DNA from: Vicugna vicugna
Lineage: Eukaryota
Reading direction: 5' to 3'
NCBI GenBank assembly: GCA_013265495.1
Contig: MU058793.1
Span: 312,001 to 376,000, forward strand
DNA: 64,000 nt
Below the pieces are notes generated by a model. That model was not told where the DNA came from. It saw only the letters and a program-made list of their open reading frames with translations, and ran no database searches. Of this stretch, positions 29,061 through 43,462 are shown in pieces (positions within the stretch are counted from its first letter, which is position 1; every line of letters starts with the position of its first letter). The translations under genes and the position numbers were made by a program.

Positions 29061-31069
29061 TTGTCTTTTTTATTACTAATTTAGTGATGCACAAGATGCA
29101 TTCTACAAAATCACAAGATAAACATTCTTTTAGGAAAACCTTGCAAAACATCTATATAGCACATATATGATATATACATATGAGAAAAATATGTATATGT
29201 GATTATATACATATGACACACAAATGGTTAGTATCTTTAATATACTAAGAAAAAAGTCTTTATAATTCCAAACTTTCACCCTCAGAAAATGAAACATGGC
29301 ATGGCAAATAATGAAAAAGCTGGTTGATTTGCTCAGAGGTCTGTAACTTCCCCCACAGCATACCTGAGAAGAATTTGGAAACCCCAAAAAGCCCAGTGGA
29401 GAAGAGAAAGTTTTGTTCATTCCATATAGGAGACCATAATGGGAAGGGAGAACTGAAAAAGATGAAGAGAAAAGAAGAGGCTTCAGCTTTAAATAGTAAT
29501 GAGTCAAGCCAAGGCTGTGCTGCCCAGGATAAGAGTCGAGGGCAGAAGTGAATCAGAGCCTGATAAAGGTCACCCTTCACCCGCCTGTTCTGTACTTCCC
29601 ATGCTGTTCACCGCTTTTAACCACAGCGGGGGTGTCCCATCACCCATACCACGCGGAGGCCCAGATCTCCACTCATTTGTTCTTCCATAGCAGACCTAAA
29701 AGGTAGAGTGTCTTTGTGGTCCACACAGCTGGCAAGAAGAACAGAGTCACAGGAGAAAAGGGTTTGTAATGACTCTGAGAGCCTGGTCCACTCCTTCCTA
29801 CATCTGCCAAGCCTTGCATTGTTCTTGAATTGTTCAAGTTGCCATAACAACATGCTGCTCTTAAATATAAAGATGACCTACTGATCCACCCCTAAAGGGC
29901 ATTTTAGATTGGTTTCCTGCATGCATGATGAGTTGTTGAAACATAATCAGAGAACATTAAATATGGCAGAAACATAGAAACCGACCAGGTCAGTGTATAG
30001 CATTTTCATGTACACACTCTTTCTTCCTACAGCCTTGGCAGACATCACCAATCAATCACAAAACTCTTTTATTTTGAGCCTGAATATAGCTCCATAATTC
30101 TCCTTCATTCAGTGCTCCTTAAAAATGGATCCAAGTTGGAATGTGAGATTAACACAATTTGCCATCCCCAACCAACCTTTATCTAGAGATGAGAAAGGCG
30201 AGATTCAGAGAGGGAAATGAGTTATCCAGTAGCACAAAAGAAATAAGCATTAGAGCCAGGGAGAATGAGGCAGGGAGAGGATTGGAAAAGGAATTCAATT
30301 TATTGAGTGCATCTGTGCCAGGTTAATTGAGGCATTGTGCTTGCCGTATATACCATCTTAGGACAGAACTCAGGTCTTGTGGGTGTGCTATATCAGTTAC
30401 TCACTTGGCCAGTGTCCTTCATGAACAACAGCACAGATACACAAGACATAGTGCTAAGATCATGGCTCTAACTGTGGCCATGGGCTGAGTGATGTTAACT
30501 AGGTCCTGGGCGCAGTGTGATGAAAACCATGACCTTGCTATCATTACCCCTATGCTCTAATCAGACATGTTCACTTTAGCATCATGACCTTGGAATGATG
30601 CCCAGAAAGCATGGCATTCTTAAAGGCAGCTGCCGTGCCTTATCAGGTGACAATCTCAGCCATGTACTTAATATGTACAAGAACCAGTTCGCTTGGCACA
30701 GAAGAATACTTGCTCCAGGATCACATGCCATATCAGTGGGAAGTACTGTGCTTTTCCACTGCAGCCAAGTGCTACCCTTTATTGCAAAAGGAGCCAAGTA
30801 AGAATGAAAAACGCAGTCCCTCCCCAACATACCCCACTACCACCATCACCATTGCTGACTCTGGGCAAGATTATGGCAAAAATACAGGAAGACATCATTG
30901 CCACTGATGATGAGATTCGAGTTATCTAACTATTAGACACTGCACTATTTCACTGTTCCACAGAACTTAGTCAGCATTTGCCAAGTCCTCTGGATCTCAG
31001 AGACAAAGATTTGGGAAAACAATTTCAACAGCACATATTCAAAAACTGTATTTTCATATAATGTGGCAC

Positions 31070-31270
31070 GAACTTTGAAGTCTGACAGACACAGGTTCGT
31101 GTCCTGGCTCTGTCACTCAATTGTGTGACCTTGGGCAAGTTACTTAACTTCTCCAAGCCTCAGTTTCCTCAACTGTAAAACAGAATGTGAATAATAGTGC
31201 TAATAGAAGTTAAAAGACCTGTCACAGTCCTTGGCGCATGGTAGACTTTAAATAAATATTTAATGTTATT
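31070..31270 (+). mobile_element. MIR SINE
   Basis: tgtgtgaccttgggcaagttacttaacttctccaagcctcagtttcctcaactgtaaaa is the canonical MIR core. Confidence 0.85.
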
Positions 31271-31699
31271 AAGTATTTTAATATTAAGAATAATAAATGA
31301 GGAGTAACAAAAATAATGATAATCGTGATAATTGATGGTTATTTACGTCTGCAGTCCCCATAATTGCCCTCACCACTCTTCTAAGCCATTCTCACACTCT
31401 CCCAAATAGGACCCCTTACAGAGGGCTTTTGTCCATTCCTTTTCCTAGGGAAAGGCCATCCTTTCTCCATAGATACCATCTCTAGAGTCAAGTTCAAAGT
31501 CTCCTTCTGGGAAGCTCACTCTCACCTCCTAAAAATCATCCTCTGTCTCTGACCTTTGAACCATGAACTTTGGCATTTCTTTCAGCCAACCCAGAAGTAT
31601 TAGGCACCTATATTGCTCTAAGAATTTTAATCACACTCACATATTGCATAGGATTGCACTTGGGTCTTTGCCTTCATCTGCCATGTTTTCCTATCTCCC

Positions 31700-31985
31700 C
31701 AGCAACGTCACATGATTTGACCCTCCCCATTTGACAGGGGTCAGATCAAGTGCTACCTCTGCAGAGCAGTTTTTATTGTCTTCCAGCCGCATCCTACCCA
31801 CAACCAGTTACTCTTCAGTCTGTTTTCTTTATTCATTTACACGATTTTCCATATTCCTCCCCATTGGAAGATAAAATCCATTAGAACAGGAATTTTCCTT
31901 ATCATGTTCATTGCTGAACCTCCAAAACAAAAAATTACCTAGCACGTAGTATGTACTCAATAAATATTTGCTAGCTGAATAAACA
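31700..31985 (+). mobile_element. LINE-2 3' end
   Basis: cctagcacgtagtatgtactcaataaatatttgctagctgaataaa is the L2 terminus. Confidence 0.7.
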
Positions 31986-32779
31986 TTTTTTTTTCTTTTC
32001 CCTCCAGTAATGCTAGAAACTTCAGGGCAATATTTCTAGAGCAGGTAATTCCTTTCATAATCACTTTACTGTGCCTGAGACAGGATTATTCAAGAATGGA
32101 ATAAAATAGCTAGCAATACACAGATTCAATGGGAAATAATATTACAGTGTGTGTCTTTGTCATATCCTCACTAGATTATAAGCTCCTTGGGGGTAAATGT
32201 CATCTCTTTGTCACCCTGTGCTTCCTGTGGTGCCTAGCAAGCACCATGAAATGCACATATATAATAAGAGCTTAGCTATGTCAAATGGAATTGAATAGAA
32301 TAGCACAAGCGTCTGCAGAAATGTTCAAACACACGCAAAAGGCAACAATAAAACTGCAAACTCATACCCGGTTCCTCTGCCGCATTGGCTCCGATCTTAG
32401 AAAAGCACTATCTATAATTAGGCATTTTGTTCTTTTTATATCAGAGGGATGAGAAAGGAGCTCTTGCTTTCTGGGTGGCTGGGGAAGCAGAAAATAAAAC
32501 ACTGTCTGAAACAGAAATGAAGATGCTTCAATTCTTTCTGTTTTATCACCAGAACCCTGATTAAACGTGCTGGTCTGCATTTCCTCTTTCTGAAATGGAC
32601 CCTCTTTCCAGTCTAACCCCTGTCGTACCTGAACAAACATATCTCTTCCTTTTGGAAGTCTGGGCTGATAACAAAAGATGAGACACATTTACTGTCTAGG
32701 AAACATCATGTAGCTGCTGTTGCTAATGACCTTCTTCTCATTAACTCATACGTTAATGAGGAGGAAGGTAGTAGAATAT

Positions 32780-33250
32780 GCATTTATTGAGCGCGTATTA
32801 TGTGGCCGATTAAATGTTAAGTGAGTTACATGTATTACACTGTGTAGTCTTTACAAAAACCCTATGGCTGTGTATTATTATTGTTGTTGTTCTTATTTCC
32901 CTTTTTCTTTTTTAAATGAAACCTGGTGAAATGGTGAAATCTGAATATGGCCTGTAGTTTGGTTGATAGTGCTGTATCAATGTCAATTTCCTGGTATTGA
33001 TAAATGGCCCATTAAATCTAAGAAGCTATATCAATAGGAGAAGCTGGGTGAAGAGTTCAGGAGAACTCTCTGAACTATTCTTACAACTTATGGGTCTAAA
33101 ATTATTTCAAAATAAAAAGCTTTTTTTTTTTTAATAAAGAAGAATCCTGGGACACAGGAAGATTAAATAGCCTGCCCAGATCACAAAATTTGTACATGAA
33201 GCAGTCAATCTGAATTCATGTCCTCCAGGTTCTAAAGCCCAGGCTATTGC
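32780..33250. mobile_element. MIR (-) interrupted by an L1MC-like 3' end (+, ~32915-33135)
   Basis: MIR halves flank tgtatcaatgtcaatttcctgg...ggagaagctgggtgaag...tctaaaattatttcaaaataaaaag. Confidence 0.65.
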
Positions 33251-36200
33251 ATGGCTTATAGATCATGCACCTGGCCTCTCACCTGCTTTCCTTTCAGATA
33301 ACATGAGCTTTTTAGCACCATGTTGTCCTCGTCACCTTGGCTACTGGGAAGCTCAGAGCTAGGTGGTACCAAATTGCAGCATCTACGGTTATAATTGGAA
33401 TGCCTATTTCATGCCTCTCGGGTCAATTTCCTTCCAGCATTCATTCACCCTTGGTCTTTCTTAGACTCATCTTTTCAATTTTTGTTTGTTTGTTCGTTTT
33501 TCAGTAAATTACTTAAATCTTTTTGGAAAAGATTCTAGGTTATAAATAAAGTTAAAGATCTTTCTCCTCACACTTCAAGAATACTTACTCTTATCCTCAA
33601 TTTTCTGAACCTAGAGGTCAATTGGTACTACTCAGCCAGCGTCCCACAGTGCAGATCCTAAAAGTAAGGAGGCACTCAAGGCAAGAGCTGAGATATAAAA
33701 CAACGGCTTCAGGTACCAAAGGTGAGAGGCCTTTCTTATCTTTACTTTATTTTCTGAAAATCAAACACTTGGCCGGGTTTTCCTTGAGCTAATTAGCATC
33801 CCTTCTTAACATTTTAAGTAACTGCTCATTTAGAGTAGTGAGTGATTGCTCTGAGATTAGAGTATAGGGAAAATCTTTCTGTTGGGAATAATCCACTTAT
33901 GCGGCTGTTTGTTTGAAACAGAGATAAACAGAATTTTTTTTCCCCTTCTTGACATGCCAGGCATAAGAGAGAACAGGGTGATTAATGAAACTCTGCTTTT
34001 TGCCAATAAATTTCTGACTTCAGATACAAGCTCATAGTTGTTGAGTTTTCTGGGCATATTTTTTCTTTTTTTTTTTTTCTTTCTTTTTAACCCATAGGAA
34101 AGAAAAAAATGGCACCACCCAGATTCTAGAGCCCATTTAAATCTGCTACATTGTGAACTATTTTTGGTTCTTAAAATGGTTTAGGTAATTTTTCATTGGC
34201 TCTACTGGGAATGCCACTTTGTGCTCTGTTATTTATAATCTGCAGAAATTAATTATGCTGCTAATTAACAGCTTGCAAACAAATTATTGCTCAAGGAGTT
34301 ATTTATTCAGTTATGAAAGCACGACTTCAGGGTTCTATATAGATTCTTTCTGACAGCTCTTTTATTTCTTGCTTTTGTTTCTGAATTTTTCTGCTTCTAA
34401 GGTTCAGTGAAAGTCTGCTTACAAGAGATGACAATTAGTCAGGATCTCAGTAGCCAGGAACTGGGTCAGCTGCTCTACTTGGTTGGGGGAGGAAGGCAGA
34501 AGGTTTGCATAGCCTGCTCAGTGTGCACCCTGGTGCTGATAAAACATTCCTTAGTGAGCAGTGGCTCTTGCAGCAACCACCATAAGGTTTCACATGCCCA
34601 TTTTTGCACTTCCAAGACTCTTAGGAGAGGAAGGCAGAAATGTAAACACATGCCACATATGCTACCATTCTCCATGCCCGTGCTCACAGCAGACAGCAAT
34701 AATGGATCACAGATCTACTTCAGCCCCTGAATCATTTTTAACACAGTCCTCCATTGGCATTGATAAATGTTGCTATCCCTGCTGGGAGGAAAGGGCTGGC
34801 CAAAGTGAGTTTGATATTCCCAACTCATGTAAACCACTCTCCATTGCTAACCAAGCTGTGGGACTGGACAACAGGATGGGAGAAACTGTTAATAAGAAAC
34901 CTCTCTCTCCCTTGGCAAGACCTCCGAGGGACACTCAGGACGCAATCTGACTCTGACAGACCCCACCCTGTCCAGGGAGACACCAAAGAACTGGCCACAA
35001 GCAAAGACATAAAGAGCCAGTTCTGCATGAAGAGCCGTGTTGGACAGTTCCTGCAGGGGCAAAGAGCCCACCACAGAAAGGACAGTGAACACTGGCAGGG
35101 TTTGGTCCACCTGGTTCTGATCCTTTGTATTCCATTCAGTGGCCATGAGATCCTTAGTGAGTCTCTTTCTCTCTCTGGTCCTCAGACTTTCATCTGCCAA
35201 ATAAGGGTGGTGCACTCAGGATCCCTGAGACCCTTCTAGCTCTGACTGTGTAATGTTTCAGTGCTGCTGTGAGTGTTACATGCACACAGAGACTCCTAAA
35301 TTCAGGTCTATTCCAGTTAGAAACATGAAGATGCCAAGGGCTCATTAAACCATTTCTGGACCCAGCTGAGAGGGCCAGAGCTGGGCTTCAGGGTCAAATT
35401 GAAGAATGTTCAGGAAAATAAGAGGAGCCAACCCAGTGTGTTGGCATTTGATGGCTGGCACACACCGAGCAACATTTACCCCTCTGTTCAAAGGAACCAA
35501 AACCACCCTTTGGCTCTGGAGATATATGGTCCCCCGAGCTCCCCTCAGCACTTCTGCACTCCTAGAAGCACATCTTCCTCTGTCTCAACTCACCAGCCAA
35601 ACTCTGACCAGTTCTGGAGCCCAAGGCTTAGCCCATTCTCAGCAAATGCAATCACTTTCTTTAAGCCCCTCTTCTTAAAGTTAAGAAGAAAGGACCCATA
35701 TTTATCTCATCATAAAAGCCAAGCCAGATGCCCCAAGTGCTATAGCTCAGAAGTGGCAAAGCTGGGCCTTGACACCATGACTTATGATTTATGACCATCA
35801 ATTGACCATCAATCCTGTACCGTCTCTACACCATTGTGTTCTCTGCCATGTCTCTGCTCAGTGAACAGCTCCAGGAAACTGAGAAGCAAATCTTGGGCTA
35901 ATCTGATTAGGAATCCATGAAACTTTCTTTCTCACATTCCCGCTCCAAGCAGTATACCCTCTCTCTAAGGCCCTTTTAGCCTTTCGAGGAGGCTAAATGC
36001 AGCAAAGGAAAGAACATGGGCTGAATCTGAATTCTGATCCTAACCTGATGAACTGTCTGACATCAGATAAGTTCCCTAGAGTATGTTGAGCCTCGACCTC
36101 CTCAGCTGGAAACTCTTACATGCACAGAGACATGTACAAAGATGTTCATCACAGTCTAGTTTACCATAGTAAATACAGGAAAGAATTTATAATCCATCAG

Positions 36201-36949
36201 TAGGAAAGTGAACAAAGAGACAAATGTTTAGTCATAAAACAGAACACTTAACCACAAAGTGAACAAACTAGATGTGCACATGTTAAGGGGAACAAATTTC
36301 AAGAGCTAAGAGTGAATAAAGCAAAATGCAAATGGATGGGAGGCATGTAATACAATAGTAGTGTATATTCTATACTTTTATGTTTGTTTGTCTGAGTACT
36401 AAAAAATAAAAGTATACTTGGGAGTGACATTCAGCAATCTCAGAATACTGTTTCCTCTGTGGAGGGATGAAAGGAAAGGCCTGTGAGTAGAATTTCAGTG
36501 TTTCTGATATGAGTACCAAATGATTGCCTTTAGGTCCAGTTCATGTTTCTAGAGAAGTTTCAGTAATTTGGGGTTTTCTCTGTTGAATCTCATTTTAGGG
36601 TAGTATGTAGGATCAATACTTAAGAGGACCTTTGATAATCTCTCCTTTGCAAAGGATCCTTCTGTTATGTGATTGGTCAACCCCTAATTCTGTCTATAAA
36701 CTAGACTAGTGTTTTGAAGCTGTTTTCTAAAGAATGCTCATTCATTCAACAAATATTTAGTTAAGGCCATCCCTGTGCCAATCACTGTGCTAGGTGGTTG
36801 TATACAGAGGTGAGCAAAATAAATATGGATCCTGCACTCTGAGAGCTTACAGCATGGGAGAAAACTAAACAAGTAAGCAAACTGCGCTAAATCCTGTGAA
36901 ATAAATGAATACTGTGTGTTATGATTAAAACAAAATAAGGAAGAGGCAG

Positions 36950-37450
36950 AGTGTTTCAGTCATCTATTGGGTATAAAAACCAACCCAAAATTCAGTGTCT
37001 TAAAATAACAACAGCTTATTATTTCTCATGATTCTGTTGATTGACTAGAAGGTTCTTCTACTTCACATGGTGTCAGTGAGGTGCTGAGACAGCTGGAAGG
37101 TCCAAAGTGGCCTCACTCACGTGGCTGCAGTGGGTGCTGGCTGGAAGCTCAGCTGGGGCTCAGCCAGGGGCCTCAGTTATCACCCACGTAGATCTTTCCA
37201 TGAAGCTTCTTGAGCTTCATCAATATGGTGGCCAGGTTCCAAGAAAGAGTGTCCCAAGCAGAAAAGACAGAAACTTCAGATCTCTTAAGGTCCAGACCCA
37301 AATTACACAGAAACTGCCATTTCTGCCACATTCTTTTGGCCAAAACAAGTCATGGGGTCATTCCAGATTCAAGGGTAGGGAAATTTCACTCTACTTCTTG
37401 ATGGAAGTATCGGTGAAGAATTGACCGCCATCTTTAGCCCACCACACAGA
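36950..37450 (-). mobile_element. MaLR solo LTR (MLT1), next to an L2 fragment (~36740-36950)
   Basis: tcagtcatctattg...cttaaaataacaacagcttattatttctcatgattctg...cattcttttggccaaaacaagtcat...gattcaaggg...ccacaca. Confidence 0.8.
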
Positions 37451-39323
37451 GGTAGGGACTGACCACAGTTAAGGAACTGCTGTGTACCATGTTTTTTAAT
37501 GAACAGTCACTGAGCCCATCATCAAAGCAAAGTCTCTAAGAAGTCCTGCAGGAAAGAACATTATTTCACTTGCCTCTTTAAAAATGTGTCTTTATTTATA
37601 TCTGCACATATTTTTCATTCATATCAACCCAAGTGTTTTCCAGTGTAAGTTGACCACAGGTATTCTTTTTTCAGAGAATTCCTGGAACTAACAGTTTTGC
37701 ATTCAGTTTGGGAAGTAAGTATTCTAAATAAAGTAGATTTTTCTTAAAGCAGAGTCCAAATGACAGGTATCTCGTGTTCTTTGGAGAAAATTTTCTTCCG
37801 TGTAAATCAGAAAAATTAATAAACACTCTGACACAGTCTGCATGACACAGCCCAGGCCTGAGTCAAGGAAGGGGCCACAGGAGAGAGGGGAGGAGAGGGA
37901 TCTGGGTTCTGTCACCTGCTCAGGCCTCCCCAGACCTTCAGCATTTCCCTGTTAATTCCTCCGGTCTAGGAATGACAAACCCTGGAATTTTAATTTGCAT
38001 CTAAAATAAAAATGTACAAGTAAAATGCCATCAACCTATAATACAATAACCACCTGGACAATTATTAGAGATGAACTGCTGTGAACTACATGAAAGAACA
38101 AAGTACCCACCTTGAACACCATCCAGCATCAAGCAGACAGGCTGTGATGTTCAGCAGCCTTGGCGGTCGTGTTACAATTGAATTACAAGGGGAAAACAGC
38201 CCTGCGCTGATTTCATAATTATCATGATCTACTATTATGATCCATCACCAACAGAGCAGTTGGTGAAGCCACAATAAATCATCATTATTTATATTGCAAC
38301 AAATCACAAGGAAATATCACTGAGAATCATAATTCATACTCACTTCAGATCGTAATTACCTATATATGACTGTCTAGATATGTCGTAAAGGTAGCACAGG
38401 AAAAAATCATGCACTGTACCGTCTTGAAGACTTGGCGTCTCGAAGCAAGGTTTGCAGCTTTGCGAGGAAGGAGAAGACCAATCCCGCTATTTTTTCCCCC
38501 ACGGTGTCTGTCCTGAGGCTTCTCAGATCACATCAAAAGTGGGCTAGGTTCTAGGGTCCCCCTTTAGGAGGAACATTAGACAACTTTACCAGTTTTTGGC
38601 TTAACATCACATCCTGTGACATGCTTAGACAAGATTAAGGATCCGGATAAAAGCTGGATTAGCGAAGCCACACCCAAATACTTCTTAGCCATCCATTGAA
38701 TTCTTAGGATCAGTAACAGTACTAGACTGTTCCTATTGGAATCTGAGGCAAAGGACAAAACAGTCCTATTGATCTTGTCTTTACTTAAAATTATGATATT
38801 TTGTTCATCATGGATTCTTTGCATTCATTTAAATTTTTTTTAATATTACATTAAAGTATTATTTATCTCAGTGGCCAAGTTTTTGGGGGCTCTCTTAAAT
38901 TCTGCACCATAGAAGAACATGTCAGCTCCTCATCTTAATCCCCTCCTGTATAATTTTCTCAATAATCCTATGAGGGAGATCCCACCATATGCATTTTAGG
39001 GATGGAAAACTGAGGCTCAGTAACTTGGCCAAGTCATGTTCTGGACTGGCTTGAAAGCCCTCTGAGAGGAAGAGCAAGTTACATACTTCTTTTCTTTCCT
39101 TCTTTACCGTATCCTGCACTATATCATTGAATAAGGAAGCTGAATTCAATTGTGTTCCAGTTCAAAGGCAGAGACCTAGAATAACACCTTGCCACAACAG
39201 AAGGAGAGTAGCTTTATGTTCAGTCCACTTTCTTATTTACCTGAGAGCAAGAACTCTTAACAAAAGGCCTATGGGGTAAGGCCTTTACAGGGTCCACAAA
39301 CTCCCTCAGTCATATGAAAAGTT

Positions 39324-39326
39324 TGT

Positions 39327-39360
<34 letters not shown>

Positions 39361-39372
39361 ATAAATGTGTGT
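39324..39372. repeat. (GT)n microsatellite
   Basis: Direct reading. Confidence 0.95.
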
Positions 39373-42047
39373 GTTCTTTACAGAGGATCTTTAGGTGTTA
39401 CCAAGTTCTTAAATTGATCCCCAATCCCCAAAAGCTTAGAACCACTGCCTTATGACAGCTTAAGTAACTTTTAATGTAAAGTCTTACAGTAAATGATCCA
39501 GACACAATACATTAGGTATGTTAGGTATGTTTTTATCACAACCAAAGAGTCTCCATGAAAATAGCACGCAGTTATTGGCACCAAAGGTCCAACATAAGCC
39601 TTTCATCACACTGTCCCTCTCCAGAAGCTTGGTTGGGCATGATTTTTGAATTGTTCCCAATGAAAGAATTTTATAGGTCACCTAATCCCAAATCCCAAGC
39701 CGAACCCCATTTTATTTATATACTGATAGCAGTGAGGCTCAGAGAAATTGTGTGACCTGGCCCTTGTCCCCTTGACCCATAGCTGGGTCACAACAGGCCT
39801 GGGGTTAAAGCCAAAGCTCCGGCCCTGAGCCCCTTCTCCATCGTGCAGCTGGCTTCTGTTGGGCAAGCACGCACCTGGAACCATCACTTGGCTGGCTGCC
39901 AGCACCTGCATGCTCGTTAAGGTCTGAGTTCCTGGTAGCCAGCAACCAGTGTTGCATGCACCTTGGTTCCAATTCCTCTGGAATGCAAACCCCAAAGCCC
40001 CACTCTTTTGTATCTACTTTCAAGTATGAATAAAAGAGAACATTTTGTGGAGACTTCTTGAACTGAACCAGGACTCCCTCTAGTTTGGGATTCAGAATTA
40101 ACTACTGCGTAACCAGAGCCACTTCCCAGAATCTTACAACCTCTCCCTCAGGGCCTAATGTCTAAAAGGATTTCTCTCTAAAGACAAACATATTTAGTGG
40201 TGATTATTCTTTAAAAATAAAGAGAATGTGACTTCAGAGAGGGCACGTGAGTCCTGGCCTCAGAGATGGTAAATGATCTCATTTGGAAATAAAATAGCTT
40301 GACAGCACAGTTTCCAATAATTAAATTAGGGGAAGCAAAGAGAAATGGTGCTAAGGATGGTGGAGCTGGATAGATAAGCTTTAATGGGGTCTCAGGCCTC
40401 AAGAAAGACAAAAGATTTAACAAGGTAGAAAGAAGGTATCAAACTACATCACAAATAAATTTCCACCAACAATTTTAAAGTGGTGAAGGTCCCTTACCCA
40501 GTAGCCTGCTGTGTGTTCAGTCTCCCTGAGAGCCAGAAACTGGGCTAGGAACCCTGCAGGACCCAGAGAGAGGTCGGAAAATAGTCAGTGTTCTCAAAGA
40601 GTTTGCAGTCTAGTTAGAGGGACAAGCATAAAACACAGCAACCAGTCAATGAGTAGAGAAAGATCTCCTGAAAATAAGGCGCCGTTCCTTTGGAGAGGAG
40701 AGCTGCCGGTGTGAGCTGAAACAGCAATGGAAGGTAAGGCCTCCACCTGAGTCAGCACCAATTATAATCTGTGGGAGGAGATCTACCCCCTCCCCCACAG
40801 CACATGCACCTCGGCCTTCTGGTGCAGTCAAAAGGTGTCCTCTAGCGCCAGGTTAGTTCACGGTGACTTTGTTGTATATCCAAAGGACAGAAAAAGGACA
40901 AATAGGTGATAAGGCTGAGGATACCCTACTAAGTGGGACTACATAGAGACTCAGGGAGGGCATTAAGCCAACAGAAGTATGCTGAATTTCTTTTTCAGAT
41001 GCTTCAAGATGAAGGAAAAGAGAAAGTCAATGGCACATCGGGAGGAGTAAATGCCGCCCCCGCCCCAGTCCTGTCTGCCTCCTCTATAGTCAAGGCTTAT
41101 AGTGCACCTCCTACCCCACCTAGAAGGAGAAATGTGTAAACAGGAGGTGAGAAGAGCTATAGCTACCAGAGGAGGCTCTGGGCTTATGACAGCTAGGGCA
41201 AAGGTAGCGAAGCAGGAAAGAGATGTTGGAGGGAGTGGAGAATTCTAGAGGAGAGGAAGGGTTAAAAGGATAGAGCAGGGGGAGGGGGAGGACTCTGAAA
41301 GGGGGGACATGCAAGTCTGAGTTCTTGGTGGTAAGGCCACCCGTGAACTCCAGGAATGCAAACTCATGGCACAGATAGATGGGGGCCCCACCCTGGGCAG
41401 GGTTTTTTTCTCTCTCCCCTCCACATCCCACTTTGACTCTGAATGATTTGGATTTTTATCCCCAGAAATGCCAAGTGAACCTCTGTTGGTCTGAACCTCT
41501 GTTGGTTTTTCTGTCTGTGAGATGTATAGAAGAAAAATGAAAAAAAAATACACACTAGCTGAAATTTTTATTGAGTAAGGTATGTGCTTTAAGTGAAATA
41601 ACTCATTCAATCCTCACAGGAATCAACAAAGGGAGGGGGGCAACTCTCTCCCTCTCCTTCCATCAGTGAAAGGGAATTGAGACTACTTTAGTGGTCAATT
41701 TGGAGGAAGAGGGTCCACTCCTACAGGAACCTTGCCTGGAAACGAAGAACCAGTAATGTGAGTGCCGTGTCTTCCTTATTCCTCCTTTATCCCCTCCCTT
41801 AAGCATCCCCACCAATAAAGAAGAGCCATAGAAACTCCAAGGGCCAAACATAAGGAGGCTGGTACCAAGTTAGACTCACAATTCAATCCACCTGCTCCTC
41901 CCCAAGCCAGTGTAAGTGTACTTCCCAAGCCTACAAAATACAGGAACCAGCAAATACCCTTGATCAGGACAAAAAAAAACTTGGAAAGGTTTCCTTGACA
42001 CAAACTCAAGTTTGCCCTCCCCCATGGATGTAAGAACTGCTTGTGCA

Positions 42048-42098
42048 TACACACACACATACACACACACACACACACACACATAAACACAGACACAC
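42048..42098. repeat. (CA)n microsatellite, imperfect
   Basis: Direct reading. Confidence 0.95.
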
Positions 42099-43299
42099 AT
42101 TGGCCTCTCTTACTGGACAGAAGCAGCACCCCCTGGAAATTTGCTCCCACTGTGGCTTAACTTTTCTAGTATCTGAACCTCCCAGAGCGATGGGACCTTA
42201 CCAATGATGCCAAGAACTCACCAGCTCACTCAAAGGTAGCATCTCAGTCCCCCATCTCTCCTCTGCCTCCTGAGGCTCCCAGCTCACATCGGGCACTGCA
42301 CAGTCACAAACGAGTCCAGTTCATGTTCCTGACCATTGATCCACCATCAATTTTTTCCAAGCCCGAGGCATGCGATTATCTGCAAAGCTGACTTACAAGA
42401 TAAAATCCCCAGGCCTCTCCCCTCCCCCTCTCCTCCAACAAGTAGACATTGATTTTACACAGAATGTGCAAGGCTTTGATGGTGTTATTGCAATCAACAT
42501 GAAAAATACCACCACAGTGCTTATCCGGATGTCTCGGTTGTTTTGCCTCATAGCACAAGTGATTGTTTAAAGAGGCTTGACACTGTTGGAGTCTTTTGTT
42601 TTATGGATTTTGCAAAGCATTGCTCTTTGTCTCCTGGGCTGGCAGAGGAGAAAGCTCTTTTTTTCCAAGTTAATGGGCAGTGCTTTTAGAAAATAGGATC
42701 TAAGGTGAGGGCTGATTCTGGGAGTCCCTGATTCAAGGCTCCCACGTTTATGTGGCCATGGTTCCACAGGAATGGCTGCACCTAATTGTCTGCGCTTTAA
42801 CTTGCTTCCTCTGTCCAGGTTACCCCTGATCCTTATCACCATCTGCTTCCCATGGTGTTCTGCTAGCCTTATTGTGGGCCGATCCTAAATGGGTTTGCTC
42901 CCTCTCTTTTACCTCCCCGCCTCACACTTTCTCCCACATCGCAGCTGAGCAATTATCTGACTCATCTGATCCCCAGCAGACATCAACAAAGAAACTTGGA
43001 ACACACACCATTCCCTTGCTACCCCTCCCACACAGGCAAGAAGCCAAAGGTCCAGACACCCTCTCCCCAAATCTCTTTCCCTCTGTCTGTAACAGTGCAG
43101 TCATTTGTACCACCCAGTACGCCCACCTCTCCCATCAGAATGAGTCCCCTGAAAGGCCGGAACTCTTCAACATGTTTGTGGTACCTACCTATGGCTTATT
43201 GTCCAATTTAGTGCTGAGTTTTAATTATGTTGCAAATTAAAGTGTGGGTAAGGATCTAGCTGGATAATTATGAGACCATGTATTTGAGAGTGATTCTCA

Positions 43300-43462
43300 G
43301 GCAAGTTATCTCAACCTGGGCTTTACTGTCATTTTGGGCCAGGTAATTCTTGTTTGTGGGGAATGTCCCATGCTTTGTAGGATGTTTAGCAGCATCTAAA
43401 GTCTGCATGTATTTCCGAATAGCCCATGGGTGGCAAAATCACCCCAGTTGAGAACTACCATC
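43300..43462 (-). mobile_element. MER20-like DNA transposon, internally deleted
   Basis: ctcaacctggg...attttgggccaggtaattctt...taggatgtttagcagcatc...gcaaaatcaccccagttgagaactac. Confidence 0.7.

Noticed and set aside
30510..30570. tRNA-Ile-like/MamSINE1-like remnant on the - strand
   Set aside because: Too degenerate to call without an alignment.
34407..35794. Cluster of overlapping 100-160 aa ORFs
   Set aside because: No recognisable domains or convincing splice structure, and they occur on both strands, consistent with chance ORFs.
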